Shown here: positions 20,760-34,726 of the stretch, piece by piece
How the letters are laid out: each line of letters begins with the position of its first letter
How positions within the stretch are numbered: the first letter of the stretch is position 1
Source of the DNA: Acidobacteriota bacterium
Lineage (GTDB): Bacteria > Acidobacteriota > Vicinamibacteria > Vicinamibacterales > UBA2999
Assembly (NCBI GenBank): GCA_016192845.1
Contig: JACPTI010000091.1
Location: 11,444 to 75,443 of the forward strand
Direction of reading: 5' to 3'
Length of the DNA stretch: 64,000 nucleotides
Made by a program: the position numbers and the translations under genes
Notes under the pieces: generated by a model
Told to the model about the DNA's origin: nothing
Seen by the model: the letters and a program-made list of their open reading frames with translations, nothing else
The model's database searches: none

Positions 20760-21806
20760 ATGCGCGCGACATCTGTCCTCGTGACAGGTGCCAACGGCGA
20801 GATCGGCCACGGGCTGCTCGCGCGGCTCGCGGCCGAGGGGCGCTCGATCGTCACGCTCGACGTCGTGCCGCTCGAGCCGGCGCTGGCGCGGCTCGTCCGG
20901 CGCGAGATCACCGGCTCGGTGACCGACCGCGGCCTGCTCGATCGGATTCTCGCGGAGTTCGAAATCGACCTCGTCTTCCATCTGGCGGCGCTGCTCTCGA
21001 CGCGCGCGGAGTTCACGCCGATCACCGCGCACCACGTCAACGTCGAAGGCACGCTCAACCTGCTCGAGTTCGCCCACCACGAGGGCCAGTCGCATGGCCG
21101 CCCGGTGGTGTTCCTGTATCCCTCGTCCATAGCCGCATACGGTCTGTCCGACCTGGCAACGAAGATGCGGGCAAAGCGGGTGCGCGAAGACGAGTGGAAC
21201 ACGCCCACGACCATGTACGGGTGCAACAAGCTGTACTGCGAGCAGCTCGGACGCTACTACGCCCGCCACTACAAGCAGCTCGCGGCCGAGACGCCGACCG
21301 GCCGCGTCGATTTCCGGTGCGTCCGCTTTCCGGGCCTGATTTCAGCCGTGACGCTGCCGTCGGGCGGCACCTCCGACTACGCGCCGGAGATGATCCATGC
21401 CGCGGCGAAAGGGGAGCCGTACGCCTGCTTCGTCCGCCCGGACACGCGCATTCCGTTCATGGTGATGCCCGATGCGATCGACGCGCTCCTGCAGCTCGCG
21501 TCGGTACCGCGGGAGCGGCTGACGAGGACGGCGTACAACGTGACGGCGTTCAGCCCCACCGCCGAGGAGATCTGCGACGTGGTATCGCGCGCCTTTCCGC
21601 GCGCGTCGGTGACCTGGCAGGTGGACGAGAAGCGGCAGCGGATCATCGACTCATGGCCGGCGGACGTGGATGACTCGGCCGCGCGGCGCGACTGGGGCTT
21701 CGGACCGCGCTACGACTTCGGGCGCGCTTTCGACGAGTATCTGATCCCCACGATCAAAGAGCGCTACGCACGAACCGGGGACCAGGCACGAAGCACGAGG
21801 CACTGA
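20760..21806 (+). CDS. NAD-dependent epimerase/dehydratase-fold enzyme (GalE-like L-threonine 3-dehydrogenase clade)
   Basis: VLVTGANGEIGHGL Rossmann motif and catalytic YGCNK. Confidence 0.75.
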   Translation: MRATSVLVTGANGEIGHGLLARLAAEGRSIVTLDVVPLEPALARLVRREITGSVTDRGLLDRILAEFEIDLVFHLAALLSTRAEFTPITAHHVNVEGTLNLLEFAHHEGQSHGRPVVFLYPSSIAAYGLSDLATKMRAKRVREDEWNTPTTMYGCNKLYCEQLGRYYARHYKQLAAETPTGRVDFRCVRFPGLISAVTLPSGGTSDYAPEMIHAAAKGEPYACFVRPDTRIPFMVMPDAIDALLQLASVPRERLTRTAYNVTAFSPTAEEICDVVSRAFPRASVTWQVDEKRQRIIDSWPADVDDSAARRDWGFGPRYDFGRAFDEYLIPTIKERYARTGDQARSTRH

Positions 21807-21807
21807 C

Positions 21808-22788
21808 ATGCTCTGCATCGAGATCTCCACCCCGGGCGGGCCGGAGGTGCTGACGCCCGCGGAACGGCCGGACCCTCAGCCCGGCGCGGGCGAAGTGTTG
21901 ATCGCCGTGGCCGCCGCCGGCGTGAATCGCCCGGACGTGCTCCAGCGGCGCGGCGGCTATCCGCCGCCGCCGGGCGTCAGCGACATCCCGGGGCTCGAGG
22001 TGGCTGGCACGGTCGTCGCGCTTGGCGACGGCGTCGCCGGATGGGGCCTGGGCGATCGGGTGTGCGCGCTCGTCGCGGGCGGCGGCTACGCCACGATATG
22101 CGTCGCGCCGGCGCCCCAGTGTCTGCCCGTGCCGGGGTCGCTCGACCTGGTGGCCGCCGCCGCCATCCCGGAGACGTTCTTCACGGTCTGGACCAACGTC
22201 TTCGAGCGCGGGCGGCTCGTGGCGGGCGAGTCGGCGCTCTTCCACGGCGGCACGAGCGGGATCGGCACGACTGCGATCCAGCTGGCGGTTGCCCGCGGGG
22301 CGCGCGTCTTTGCGACGGCGGGCACCGACGACAAGTGCCGCGCCTCGGAAGCGCTCGGCGCCGAACGCGGCATCAACTACCGCACCGAGGACTTCGTCGC
22401 CGTGGTGAAGGAGCGCACCGGGGGTCGAGGCGTGGATCTCGTGCTCGACCACGTCGGCGGCGAGTACTTCGCGCGCAACCTGGCGGCGCTCGCCATCGAC
22501 GGGCGCCTCGTGCAGATCGGGCTGATGGGAGGCGCGGCGTCGGCGCCCATCGATCTCGGCGCCGTGCTGCGCCGGCGCCTGACCATCACCGGCTCCACCC
22601 TGCGGCCGCGGTCCATCCCAGAAAAAGGCGCCATTGCGGCGGCGCTCCGGCGCGAGGTCTGGCCGCTCCTCGACAGCGGCCGCGTCCGGCCGGTCGTCTA
22701 CCGCACGTTCCCGCTGCGCGAGGCGGCGGCGGCGCACCGGCTGATGGAATCAAGCGAGCACATCGGCAAGATTGTTCTGACGACGTAG
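21808..22788 (+). CDS. NAD(P)H:quinone oxidoreductase (zinc-independent MDR, PIG3/Qor type)
   Basis: ..GAGEVLIAVAAAGVNRPDVLQRRGGYPPPPG.., FHGGTSGIGTTAIQLA. Confidence 0.85.
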   Translation: MLCIEISTPGGPEVLTPAERPDPQPGAGEVLIAVAAAGVNRPDVLQRRGGYPPPPGVSDIPGLEVAGTVVALGDGVAGWGLGDRVCALVAGGGYATICVAPAPQCLPVPGSLDLVAAAAIPETFFTVWTNVFERGRLVAGESALFHGGTSGIGTTAIQLAVARGARVFATAGTDDKCRASEALGAERGINYRTEDFVAVVKERTGGRGVDLVLDHVGGEYFARNLAALAIDGRLVQIGLMGGAASAPIDLGAVLRRRLTITGSTLRPRSIPEKGAIAAALRREVWPLLDSGRVRPVVYRTFPLREAAAAHRLMESSEHIGKIVLTT

Positions 22789-23955
22789 CCGCCAATCGGC
22801 CGGCACGTCGACGTACGACGGTCCGAGCTCCGCAACCGACGGGCACCCGAGCAGCTTCAGCGTGCGCACGAGGTCCGTGTGCAGGATCTCCAGCGCCCGG
22901 GCGACGCCGCGCCCGCCCGCGGCGCCCAGTCCATAGGCGTATGCCCGGCCCACGAGCACGGCACGCGCGCCGAGACACAGCGCCTTGACGACGTCGGCGC
23001 CGCTGCGGATGCCGCCGTCCATTAACACTTCCACGCGCCCGCCGACCGCCGCCACCACCTCGGGCAGCGCGCGCAGCGTGGGCGAGACCCCGTCGAGCTG
23101 CCTCGCCCCGTGGTTCGACACGACGATCGCGTCGACGCCCTCGCTGACGGCGCGGCGGGCGTCCTCGGCCGTCAGCACCCCCTTGACGACGAGCGGCCCC
23201 TCCCAGGCCTCGCGGATCCAGCCGAGGTCCTTCCACGTCACGGTCGTCTGCTCGAGGGCGCCGGTGACATCCAGGTAGGGAAGGGGCCCCTGCCCGGGCG
23301 GCACGACGTTGGGAAAGTCCATCAGCCCGCCGTCGCGCAGAAAATCGAAGAGCCAGTGCGGCCGGAGAAACAGCTGCGGCAGAAACGGCAGCATCGCGAA
23401 GCCGCCCGACAGCAGCTCCTGGACGCCGTTGCGGACGTCGCGCGCCCGCAGGCCGGCGACCGGCGTGTCGATCGTCACGACGAGCACGCCGTAGCCGGCC
23501 GCCTTCGCGCGCGCGACGGCCGCCCGCGCCGCATCCCGGCCGCCGACCAGATATAGCTGGTACCAGACCGGACCCGCAGTCGCATGCCGGACGTCCTCGA
23601 TCGAACAGCCCGACAGCGTCGACAGGATGTAGACCGTTCCGGCGGCGCCCGCTTCGCGGGCGGCCACTTCCTCGCCCCGGGGATAGAACATCCGGCTGCT
23701 GCCGACCGGCGCCAGCAGGATCGGCAGCCTTACCGGCGCCCCCAGCACCGTGGTCGCGAGGTCGCACTGCGGCACCGCCACCGCCTGCCGGGGCCGGAAC
23801 GTCACGTCGTCGAAGATGCGGCAGTTCTCACCAAGCGTCACCTCGCGCTCGGCGCCGCCGTCGATGTAGTCGAAGACGGCCCGCGGCAGGCGGCGCCTGG
23901 CGATGCGCCGGAGGTCGCTGATGGTGACCACGCGCGGAGGCGCCAAACGGGCCAT
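22750..23955 (-). CDS. FMN-dependent alpha-hydroxy-acid oxidase/dehydrogenase (LldD/glycolate-oxidase family)
   Basis: ..VVSNHGARQLDG.., ..MDGGIRSGADVVKAL... 401 aa. Confidence 0.85.
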   Translation of the reverse strand: MARLAPPRVVTISDLRRIARRRLPRAVFDYIDGGAEREVTLGENCRIFDDVTFRPRQAVAVPQCDLATTVLGAPVRLPILLAPVGSSRMFYPRGEEVAAREAGAAGTVYILSTLSGCSIEDVRHATAGPVWYQLYLVGGRDAARAAVARAKAAGYGVLVVTIDTPVAGLRARDVRNGVQELLSGGFAMLPFLPQLFLRPHWLFDFLRDGGLMDFPNVVPPGQGPLPYLDVTGALEQTTVTWKDLGWIREAWEGPLVVKGVLTAEDARRAVSEGVDAIVVSNHGARQLDGVSPTLRALPEVVAAVGGRVEVLMDGGIRSGADVVKALCLGARAVLVGRAYAYGLGAAGGRGVARALEILHTDLVRTLKLLGCPSVAELGPSYVDVPADWRLRRQNNLADVLA

Positions 23956-23957
23956 AT

Positions 23958-24060
23958 CAAGTCACAAGTCACAAGTCACAAGTCACAAGTCACAAGTCAC
24001 AAGTCACAAATGCTTCTGAGTGGATTTGTGCCTTGTGCCTTGTGCCTTGTGCCTTGTGAC
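23958..24060. repeat. Heptamer-arm hairpin (CAAGTCA x7 / loop / CCTTGTG x4 plus variants)
   Basis: It occupies essentially the whole gap between the GNAT-like stop (24061-24063) and the LldD-like start (23953-23955). There is one mismatch per 7-nt unit when folded. Confidence 0.9.
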
Positions 24061-24675
24061 TTAGTCATAGGCGTAGATGACCGTCCGCAGGCTCCGATGC
24101 GCGCGGACCACATCGGAGGTGAGCCGCTTGCTCAGGTACACCTTTGATTCGCGGTTGTCGACCGGATGCGGCTCGTACTTGACCACATCGAACTCGAGCT
24201 GGTCGAGCGTGCCGCGCATGTCGTAGAAGCGGTTCTTGGTCTTTACGAGCACTTCGTGAAAACCGGCGGCGTGTGCCCACGCCTCGGATTCCTCGGTCAG
24301 CGCGCGGAAGTGCCCCTGACCCCGCCAGTCGCGCCGCGTGGCGCCGATCCAGCTGTACAGGATCTTGCGCCCGTCGAACTGGACGCAGCCGCGCAGCCGC
24401 TCCACCAGATCGCGCAGCTTCGGTTCCGCTTCCCCCGCGCGTACCTCGTGCACGACCTTGTACGACACTGGGACGACGGTCCCCGCATCGTCGGGAAGCG
24501 GCGCCTCCGCCATCAAGATGAGGAACTCGCGGTCGCGCAGACGCTGAATGATCTCCTGCGCGGTCTTCTTGCGCGGAAACTCGCCGAAAAATTCCTCGAT
24601 GTACTGGATCTCGAGCGCGCCCCGATCCAGCGGGTACTGCTTGATCAGGTATTCCAAGGGGACTCCGTTCTGCAC
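24061..24675 (-). CDS. GNAT-fold acetyltransferase-like protein (tentative)
   Basis: RGQGHFRALTEESEAWA resembles GNAT motif A (R/Q-x-x-G-x-G/A). GTG start. Confidence 0.5.
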   Translation of the reverse strand: MQNGVPLEYLIKQYPLDRGALEIQYIEEFFGEFPRKKTAQEIIQRLRDREFLILMAEAPLPDDAGTVVPVSYKVVHEVRAGEAEPKLRDLVERLRGCVQFDGRKILYSWIGATRRDWRGQGHFRALTEESEAWAHAAGFHEVLVKTKNRFYDMRGTLDQLEFDVVKYEPHPVDNRESKVYLSKRLTSDVVRAHRSLRTVIYAYD

Positions 24676-24683
24676 AATCGTAA

Positions 24684-24739
24684 CAGTAGGCGGTAGGCAG
24701 TGCTTCTTTTGCCTACTGCCTACTGCCCACTGCCTACTA
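24684..24739. repeat. Heptamer-arm hairpin (CAGTAGG x2 / CCTACTG x4)
   Basis: Read directly. It lies in the divergent gap between 24675 (-) and 24783 (+). Confidence 0.85.
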
Positions 24740-24782
24740 CCCGGGGCACGCCTCTTGCTTTTCGGCCGTCAAGAGGTCAGCC

Positions 24783-25196
24783 ATGAGAAATGCCACAATC
24801 GTCGGCCTTGCGCTCGCATGCGTGCTGGGCGCCGGTGCGGCATGGGCGCATCACGACGCCTCGGTGCTCGGGACGGCTCGCCTCACACAGCCGGTGCTCG
24901 TAGGCGGCAAGCTCGTCCAGCCCGGAACGTACGAAATCCGGCTCACCGGCGAGCACCTGAAGCCGCTCCCCGGACAGTCCGAAGACGCGGGACAGGAGTT
25001 CGAGCTGATCGCGGGCGGTCAGGTGGTCGCCAGTGATTTCGCCGAAGTCGTCTCGGCGGCGGCCGCACCGGTCGGCGCGAGCGGTCGCGCGACCGCGCGG
25101 GCGCGCGTCGAGCTGCTGCGCGGCGGCGAGTTCCTGCGCATCGCCATCACGCGGCAGGGGGAGCTGGACCTCATTCACCTGCCAGTGGCGAAATAG
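24783..25196 (+). CDS. Secreted hypothetical protein
   Basis: AAGAGG RBS and signal-like MRNATIVGLALACVLGAGAAWA. 137 aa. Confidence 0.6.
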   Translation: MRNATIVGLALACVLGAGAAWAHHDASVLGTARLTQPVLVGGKLVQPGTYEIRLTGEHLKPLPGQSEDAGQEFELIAGGQVVASDFAEVVSAAAAPVGASGRATARARVELLRGGEFLRIAITRQGELDLIHLPVAK

Positions 25197-25280
25197 CTGG
25201 TTGGTGGTTGGTGGTTGGTAGTTGGTGGTGGGTTCGAGGTTCGGGTAACCACGAACCACCATCCACCAACCACCAACGGT
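25197..25280. repeat. Heptamer-arm hairpin (GTGGTTG units / CAACCAC units)
   Basis: It fills all 84 nt between two convergent stop codons (25194-25196 and 25281-25283). It uses the same unit family as 18457-18536. Confidence 0.9.
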
Positions 25281-26696
25281 CTAAATATCGAAGTACAGCG
25301 CGAACTCCCACGGATGGGGCCGCAGCCGAATCGCGTCGAGCTCCCGCGAGCGCTTGTACGAGAGCCAGACGTCGATAACGTCTGGCGTGAACACGTCGCC
25401 CTTGAGCAGGTACTCGTGATCCCGCTCCAAGGCATCCAGCACCTCCTCAAGGCTGCCCGCCGTTTTCTGCACCTTGGCCAGGTCCTCGGGCGGCAGATCG
25501 TAGAGATCCTTGTCGAGGGGATCCGGCGGCATGATCTTGTTCTGGATGCCGTCGAGACCAGCCATCAACATCGCGCTGAAGGCCAGGTACGGGTTGCACG
25601 ACGGATCCGGGAATCGCACCTCGAGCCGCTTGGCTTTCTCGGAGCGGGAGTAGACCGGAATGCGCACCGCGGCGCTGCGGTTTCGCTGGGAATAAATCAG
25701 GTTGATCGGCGCCTCGTAGCCCGGCACCAGTCGGCGATACGAGTTGGTGGTCGGCGCACAGAACGCCAGCAAGGACGAGGCGTGCTTCAGGATCCCCCCG
25801 ATGTAGTAAACGGCCATCTTGCTGATATCGGCATACGTGCCAGCCTCGAAAAACAGGTTCTTGCCACCCTTCCACAGGCTCTGATGCACGTGCATGCCGG
25901 AACCGTTGTCCTGGAAGATCGGCTTGGGCATCAGGGTGACCGTCTTGTTGTGGCGACGCGCCACGTTCTTGACAACGTACTTGTATTTCATCACCTTGTC
26001 GCCCATGATCCGCAGGCTGTCGAAGCGCATGTCGATCTCAGCCTGGCCCGCGGTCCCGACCTCATGGTGCTGGATCTCGATCTCGACGCCGATCGATTCG
26101 AGGGTGACCATCATCTCCGTGCGGATATCCTGGAGGTGGTCCATCGGCGGCACTGGGAAGTAGCCCTCCTTGTAGCGTGGCTTGTAGCCGAGGTTCGGCT
26201 TCTCCTCTCGTCCCGAGTTCCAGAACCCTTCCACCGAATCGATGTAGTAGTAGCCGAAGTTGTAGCTCTGGTCGAATCGGACGTCGTCGAAAATGTAGAA
26301 CTCCGCCTCTGGACCGAAATAGGCGGTGTCGCCGAGCCCGGTCGACTTGAGGTAGCTTTCCGCCTTCGTCGCGATGTAGCGCGGGTCGCGGGAGTACGAC
26401 TGCCCGGTCACCGGATCCTTCACGTTGCATATGAGGTTGAGCGTGGGGAGCGCCGTGAACGGATCCTCAAACGCACTCGCCGGATCCGGGATCAGGAGCA
26501 TGTCACTTTCCTGAATGTGCTGGAATCCCCGAATACTGGAGCCGTCGAATCCAAGTCCCTCCTCGAAGGCGTCCTCCGTCAACTCCCTGGGCGAGATTGT
26601 GAAATGCTGCCAGAGGCCCGGAAGGTCGACGAACTTGAGGTCGACCGCCTGGATGCCTTTGTCCTTGATGCGCGCGAGTACGTCTTTCGGTTTCAT
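25281..26696 (-). CDS. glnA: Glutamine synthetase type I
   Basis: [40 protein letters not shown], and an adenylylation-loop-like [10 protein letters not shown]. Confidence 0.95.
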   Translation of the reverse strand: MKPKDVLARIKDKGIQAVDLKFVDLPGLWQHFTISPRELTEDAFEEGLGFDGSSIRGFQHIQESDMLLIPDPASAFEDPFTALPTLNLICNVKDPVTGQSYSRDPRYIATKAESYLKSTGLGDTAYFGPEAEFYIFDDVRFDQSYNFGYYYIDSVEGFWNSGREEKPNLGYKPRYKEGYFPVPPMDHLQDIRTEMMVTLESIGVEIEIQHHEVGTAGQAEIDMRFDSLRIMGDKVMKYKYVVKNVARRHNKTVTLMPKPIFQDNGSGMHVHQSLWKGGKNLFFEAGTYADISKMAVYYIGGILKHASSLLAFCAPTTNSYRRLVPGYEAPINLIYSQRNRSAAVRIPVYSRSEKAKRLEVRFPDPSCNPYLAFSAMLMAGLDGIQNKIMPPDPLDKDLYDLPPEDLAKVQKTAGSLEEVLDALERDHEYLLKGDVFTPDVIDVWLSYKRSRELDAIRLRPHPWEFALYFDI

Positions 26697-26814
26697 CCGT
26701 GCTCCTCCATCGGTACTGAAGGTTTAAGAGAGTTGCGGCGATGGCTCCTGGGGGATTGGAGCGAAAATATAACCCAAAACTTGCGTACGCAGACACCAAA
26801 ACGCAGCTGGTACG

Positions 26815-26824
26815 ACAAATTTGT
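26815..26824. promoter_or_regulatory. Perfect 10-bp AT-rich palindrome ACAAATTTGT in the glnA/glnE divergent region (candidate operator)
   Basis: It is the only AT-rich palindrome in the 182-bp divergent gap. No regulator is assigned. Confidence 0.25.
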
Positions 26825-26878
26825 GGTGAGCGTATCGGGGCTTCGATCGAGCCCGGATAGACGCGGATAGAATAGTGA

Positions 26879-29865
26879 GTGCCCATCTCCCCAAGAGATC
26901 TCTTTCTTTCGCCTGACCTGACGAAAGAGCAGGCCCGCCAGTACCTCGCGCACTTCGGCTTTCACGATCCTGCCGGCGCCGACGCCCACCTGCAGGAGCT
27001 CGCCAACGATCTGCCAACCCGGGAGGCGCTGGCCGAGCTGGCCGAACCCCTGCTCGCGGCGCTCGAGCGCGCGCCAGACCCGGATGCGGCTCTCGTTGGA
27101 TTCTTCCGGTACGTCATCAGCCGCATCCCTCGGACCGAATTTCTGCACTATCTCGCCGACGACCCGCGCGCGCTTCGGCTGCTCGTCGAGGTGATGGGCA
27201 CCTCGCCGTTTCTCGCCGAGATCCTGATCCGCAATCCCGAGTACCTGCATTGGCTCCTCGGCGAAATCGACCGCAGCCGGCCCGACGCGAAGACGCTGGC
27301 CGAGGAGGCCGACCATCTCCTGGCGGGCGCGAAAAGCCCTCCTGAGCAACGTGACGCGCTGAAGCGCTTCAAGCGCCGCGAAATGCTCGGCATTGCCGCG
27401 CGTGACATCCTCGGACTCGAGACGCTCGAGTCCACCACCGAGCAGATTTCCGACATTGCCGACATCCTGATCGAACGTGCCTTGCGGATCGCCACCGGCG
27501 TGCTGGGATCACCGGCTGGCGACTGGCCGGGCCGGTTTGCCGTCGTCGGTATGGGCAAACTGGGAGGGCGGGAGCTGAACTACAGCTCGGATATCGACCT
27601 CCTTTACGTGTACGAACTCGACAACGAGGACGATCAGGCCGCCCACAACCTGTACCAAAAACTGGGGCGCACGCTGACCGCCGTGCTGTCCGAGTTCACC
27701 AACGAAGGCCACCTGTACCGCGTCGACCTGCGGCTCCGCCCGATGGGGCGGCGCGGAGCCGTGGCCTATTCGCTCAGACAATACAGGCAGTACTACGAAA
27801 CGTGGGGCGAGACCTTCGAGCGATTCGCGCTCATCAGGGCGAGACCGACTGCTGGTAATCAGACCGTGGGACGCAGATTTCTGGAGACGGTGCAGCCATT
27901 CGTGTACCGCAAGTACCTCGATCACGCAGCGCTCGAGGAGCTGTTCCAGTACAAGGTGCGCGCGGAACGGTCGGTCGATGATCTCGAGCGAAACGTGAAA
28001 ATCGGACGCGGGGGGATTCGTGAGGTTGAGCTGTTCACGCAGGTGCTACAGCTCACCTACGGGGCGCGACATCCTGCGGTACGTCGGAGGAACACCCTCG
28101 CCGCTCTGGCGGCGCTCGAATCGACCGGCCTCATCGCTCCTGACGTGCACGCCTCTCTTCGCGACGCCTACGTCTTCTTGCGGACGGTGGAGCACCGGCT
28201 CCAGATCGTCCACGATCAGCAGACCCACACGCTCTCGCGGGAACGGCGCGAGCTGGACATCTGTGCCCGTCGTCTCGGCTTCGCCGACGGCGTTGCCCTT
28301 GAGGCGGCTCTCGAGACTCACCGCGGCCGCGTCCATGAGGTGTATCGGACGATGCTCGAACGTCGCCCGGGGACGTCCGACTTCAAGAGCCGTCAGTTCT
28401 TTCGCATTCTGAGCGACGACGCCTCGGCAACCGAGGCGATGCAGCTCCTCGTCGATGATCAGGTTCCCGATCCGTCGGCGGCCCTGGAGGCGATTCGAGC
28501 CCTGGATCAGGCGACGTCGCTGGCCCCGGCCCGCTCGGGAGCCCGGAACATTCTGGCGAATCTGCTCGCTGTGCTGATGGATCGCCTGCGGCAGTGCGGG
28601 CGTCCGGATCAGGTATTGGTTCGGCTCGCGGCAGTCACCGATCGCACCGGCGCCGCGGCAGCCTTCTTCAGGACGCTGCTCGAGAACGAAGGGAGCTGCT
28701 CGATTCACTCCTCCTCCCGCTCCCCGATGTCGACGAGCGCCGTACGCGGTATGTGGAGAGGCTTTCACAGATCGCCGTCGAACACCAGTCGGATCATATA
28801 CGGCATTTCAAGGCCATCGAGGAGTTCAAGATCCTCGTCGAATGGATCCGCGAGGGCTCACTGGGAAGACTCCAGCAGGGCCTTTCGCTGCTTGCTGACT
28901 GCTGTGTCGAGCAGGCGGCGGCATGGCACGCGCCGGCGGCCCCGCCAGGCCGCGAGCCGGATTGGGCGATCTTCGCGCTCGGCAAGCTCGGCGGCTGCGA
29001 GCTGACCGTGCACTCTGATCTTGATCTGGTCGTCATCTATCGAGGTGATCGAGGCGATGCCGATGCGTTTCTCGAGCGACAGCGCTTCGTCGAAGCGATG
29101 GAGCGGTGTCTCGCCGAGCCGACGAGCGAGGGCGTGGCCTACCGCATCGACACCCGTTTGCGTCCGGAGGGCAAGAAGGGGGCGCTGGCGATGCCGGCCG
29201 ACCAGTTCGAACGGTATCTCGAGACCCGTGCCGAGATATGGGAGCGCCTTGCATGGACGCGCTGCCGGTTCTTGGCCGGTTCGCGAACGCTCGGGGCAGA
29301 CGTCGAAGCGCGCGTCCGGTCGTTCGTGTACGGGCCCTGGGATCGGCGGATCCCGCTTGTCATGACCGGCGTGCGCAGGCGAATGGAGCGCACGTTGACG
29401 GATCTCACCGGCCGGCGGCTGGAGTTCAAAGTGGGGCGCGGCAGCCTCGCCGACATCCATTTCGCGCTCCAGATGATTCAGATTCGCGAAGGGCACACGC
29501 GCCCCGAGTTCCAGGTGGCAGGTACCCGCCGCCTGCTCGAGCAGCGGTCCACCACGACGTTCCTGCCCGAGACCGACGCCGAGGAGCTGCACCGAGCGTA
29601 CGTCTTTCTGTCGTATCTGGAAATGCTCGCGCGGATGGACGCGGATACCAGCGTCAACGCGCTGCCCGACGACACCATCAAGCTTCGCGCGATCGGCCGG
29701 CGGTTGTCGCTCCTACCCCACGGCGCAGGCGTGCGCCGTGGGGACCCCGGGCTGGCCGAGCCGGCAGACCGGACGCTGGCCGACACGTACGGCCGCCTCA
29801 CCAGCCGGGTGCGCGCGATTTACGAACGCGTTGTCGAACGCCTCGAGGATTCGGCGCGACCGTAG
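26879..29865 (+). pseudogene. glnE: Glutamine synthetase adenylyltransferase/adenylyl-removing enzyme GlnE, reading frame broken near 28.69 kb
   Basis: The N-half is in ORF 26879..29005 (GKLGGRELNYSSDIDLLYVY...). The C-half is in ORF 28594..29865 (GKLGGCELTVHSDLDLVVIY...). Sensible sequence switches frame between ...FFRTLLENEG and ELLDSLLLPLPDVDE at about 28688-28696. Confidence 0.8.
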
Positions 29866-29869
29866 ATGG

Positions 29870-33735
<3,866 letters not shown>

Positions 33736-33739
<4 letters not shown>

Positions 33740-34704
33740 TTGGCTTTGGGCTTTCGGCTGTGAGCTTTGGGCCGTTCAGGTTTGATGCCGGAGGCGATGA
33801 GCACGACGAACGGGTCGTGGCTCTGGCGGGCGCCCACCTGCACCCGGACGTCGCGTACGCCGGCACCCATGAGCAGCCGCTCGAGCGCGGCCTCGCTGAA
33901 GCCGAGCCATCTGTCGCCGAACCGGGTTCGTACCCACTGCTGATCGTGTTCGCGGAGGTCGAGCACGAGGAGCCGGCCGCCCGGCCGCAGCACGCGGACC
34001 GCTTCGGCGAGCGCTTCTTCCGGATCGACCGCGTGGTGCAGCGCCTGTGAGAGGAGCGACACGTCCACCGAGGCGTCGCGCAGCGGCAGGCGGGCCAGGT
34101 CCCCCTTTTTCCACCGGACGTTGATGACTCGGCGCCGCGCCGCCAGCGCCTTGGCGCGCTGCAGCACTTCTTCCGACCGGTCGATCGCGTAGACCGTCCG
34201 CGCCCAGCGTGCCGCTTCGAGCGTCAAGTACCCCTCGCCGCAGCCGATGTCGGCCACGTCGAGCGGCGGCAGCAGGTGCCCGAGCGCCCGCGCCCAGGCG
34301 GCCCAGCTCCGCCCGGGCACGAGCTGGCGCAGGTCGCCGTGCGTCTCGAAATTCTCCTTCCGGTGGCGCAGGACCTCCTGCAGGCGCGCCTCGTCTTCTC
34401 GCACCGCCGGATCGCCGTCGGCCGCGGCAAACTGCGCCTCCAGCAGCGCCCATAAGGGCGTTGGTCCGTTGCGGGGCTGCTCGTCGGCCAGCCGGTAGTA
34501 GACGTAGCCCCCCTCGCGCTCCTCGCGGACGAGTCCCGCTTCCTTCAGCAGCCCAAGATGCCGTGAGACACCCGATTGGGCGACCGCCAGAATCCCGGTG
34601 AGCTCGCTGACGTTGAAGCGATCCCGGGCGAGCACCCGCAGCAGGCGCAGGCGCGTGCCGTCGGCCAGCAGGCGAAAGAGGGCGGAAGCTCGACGCACGG
34701 ACAT
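33736..34704 (-). CDS. ArsR-type wHTH + SAM-methyltransferase-like domain regulator (SahR-like), copy 1
   Basis: ..[41 protein letters not shown].., then DIGCGEGYL...[11 protein letters not shown]. The stop overlaps the metH start (ATGA at 33736-33739). Confidence 0.75.
33739..33780. repeat. Direct heptamer array (TTGGGCT-type x6) forming the 3' end of the SahR-like gene
   Basis: Units in phase from 33739. It encodes the basic tail [15 protein letters not shown] and abuts the metH start codon. Confidence 0.85.
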
Positions 34705-34710
34705 CTGTAA

Positions 34711-34726
34711 ATCTACATATGTTGAT
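34711..34726. promoter_or_regulatory. Near-palindrome ATCTACATATGTTGAT just upstream of SahR-like copy 1 (candidate operator)
   Basis: 14 of 16 positions are palindromic, in an AT-rich patch 7 nt upstream of the ATG. It shares the hexamer GTTGAT with the site at 54736-54752. Confidence 0.3.

Noticed and set aside
26780-26799. Sigma-54 (-24/-12) promoter for glnA.
   Set aside because: TGGTGT-N-...-ACGCA has the GG and GC elements one nucleotide further apart than the canonical TGGCAC-N5-TTGC, and sigma-54 is strict about this spacing.
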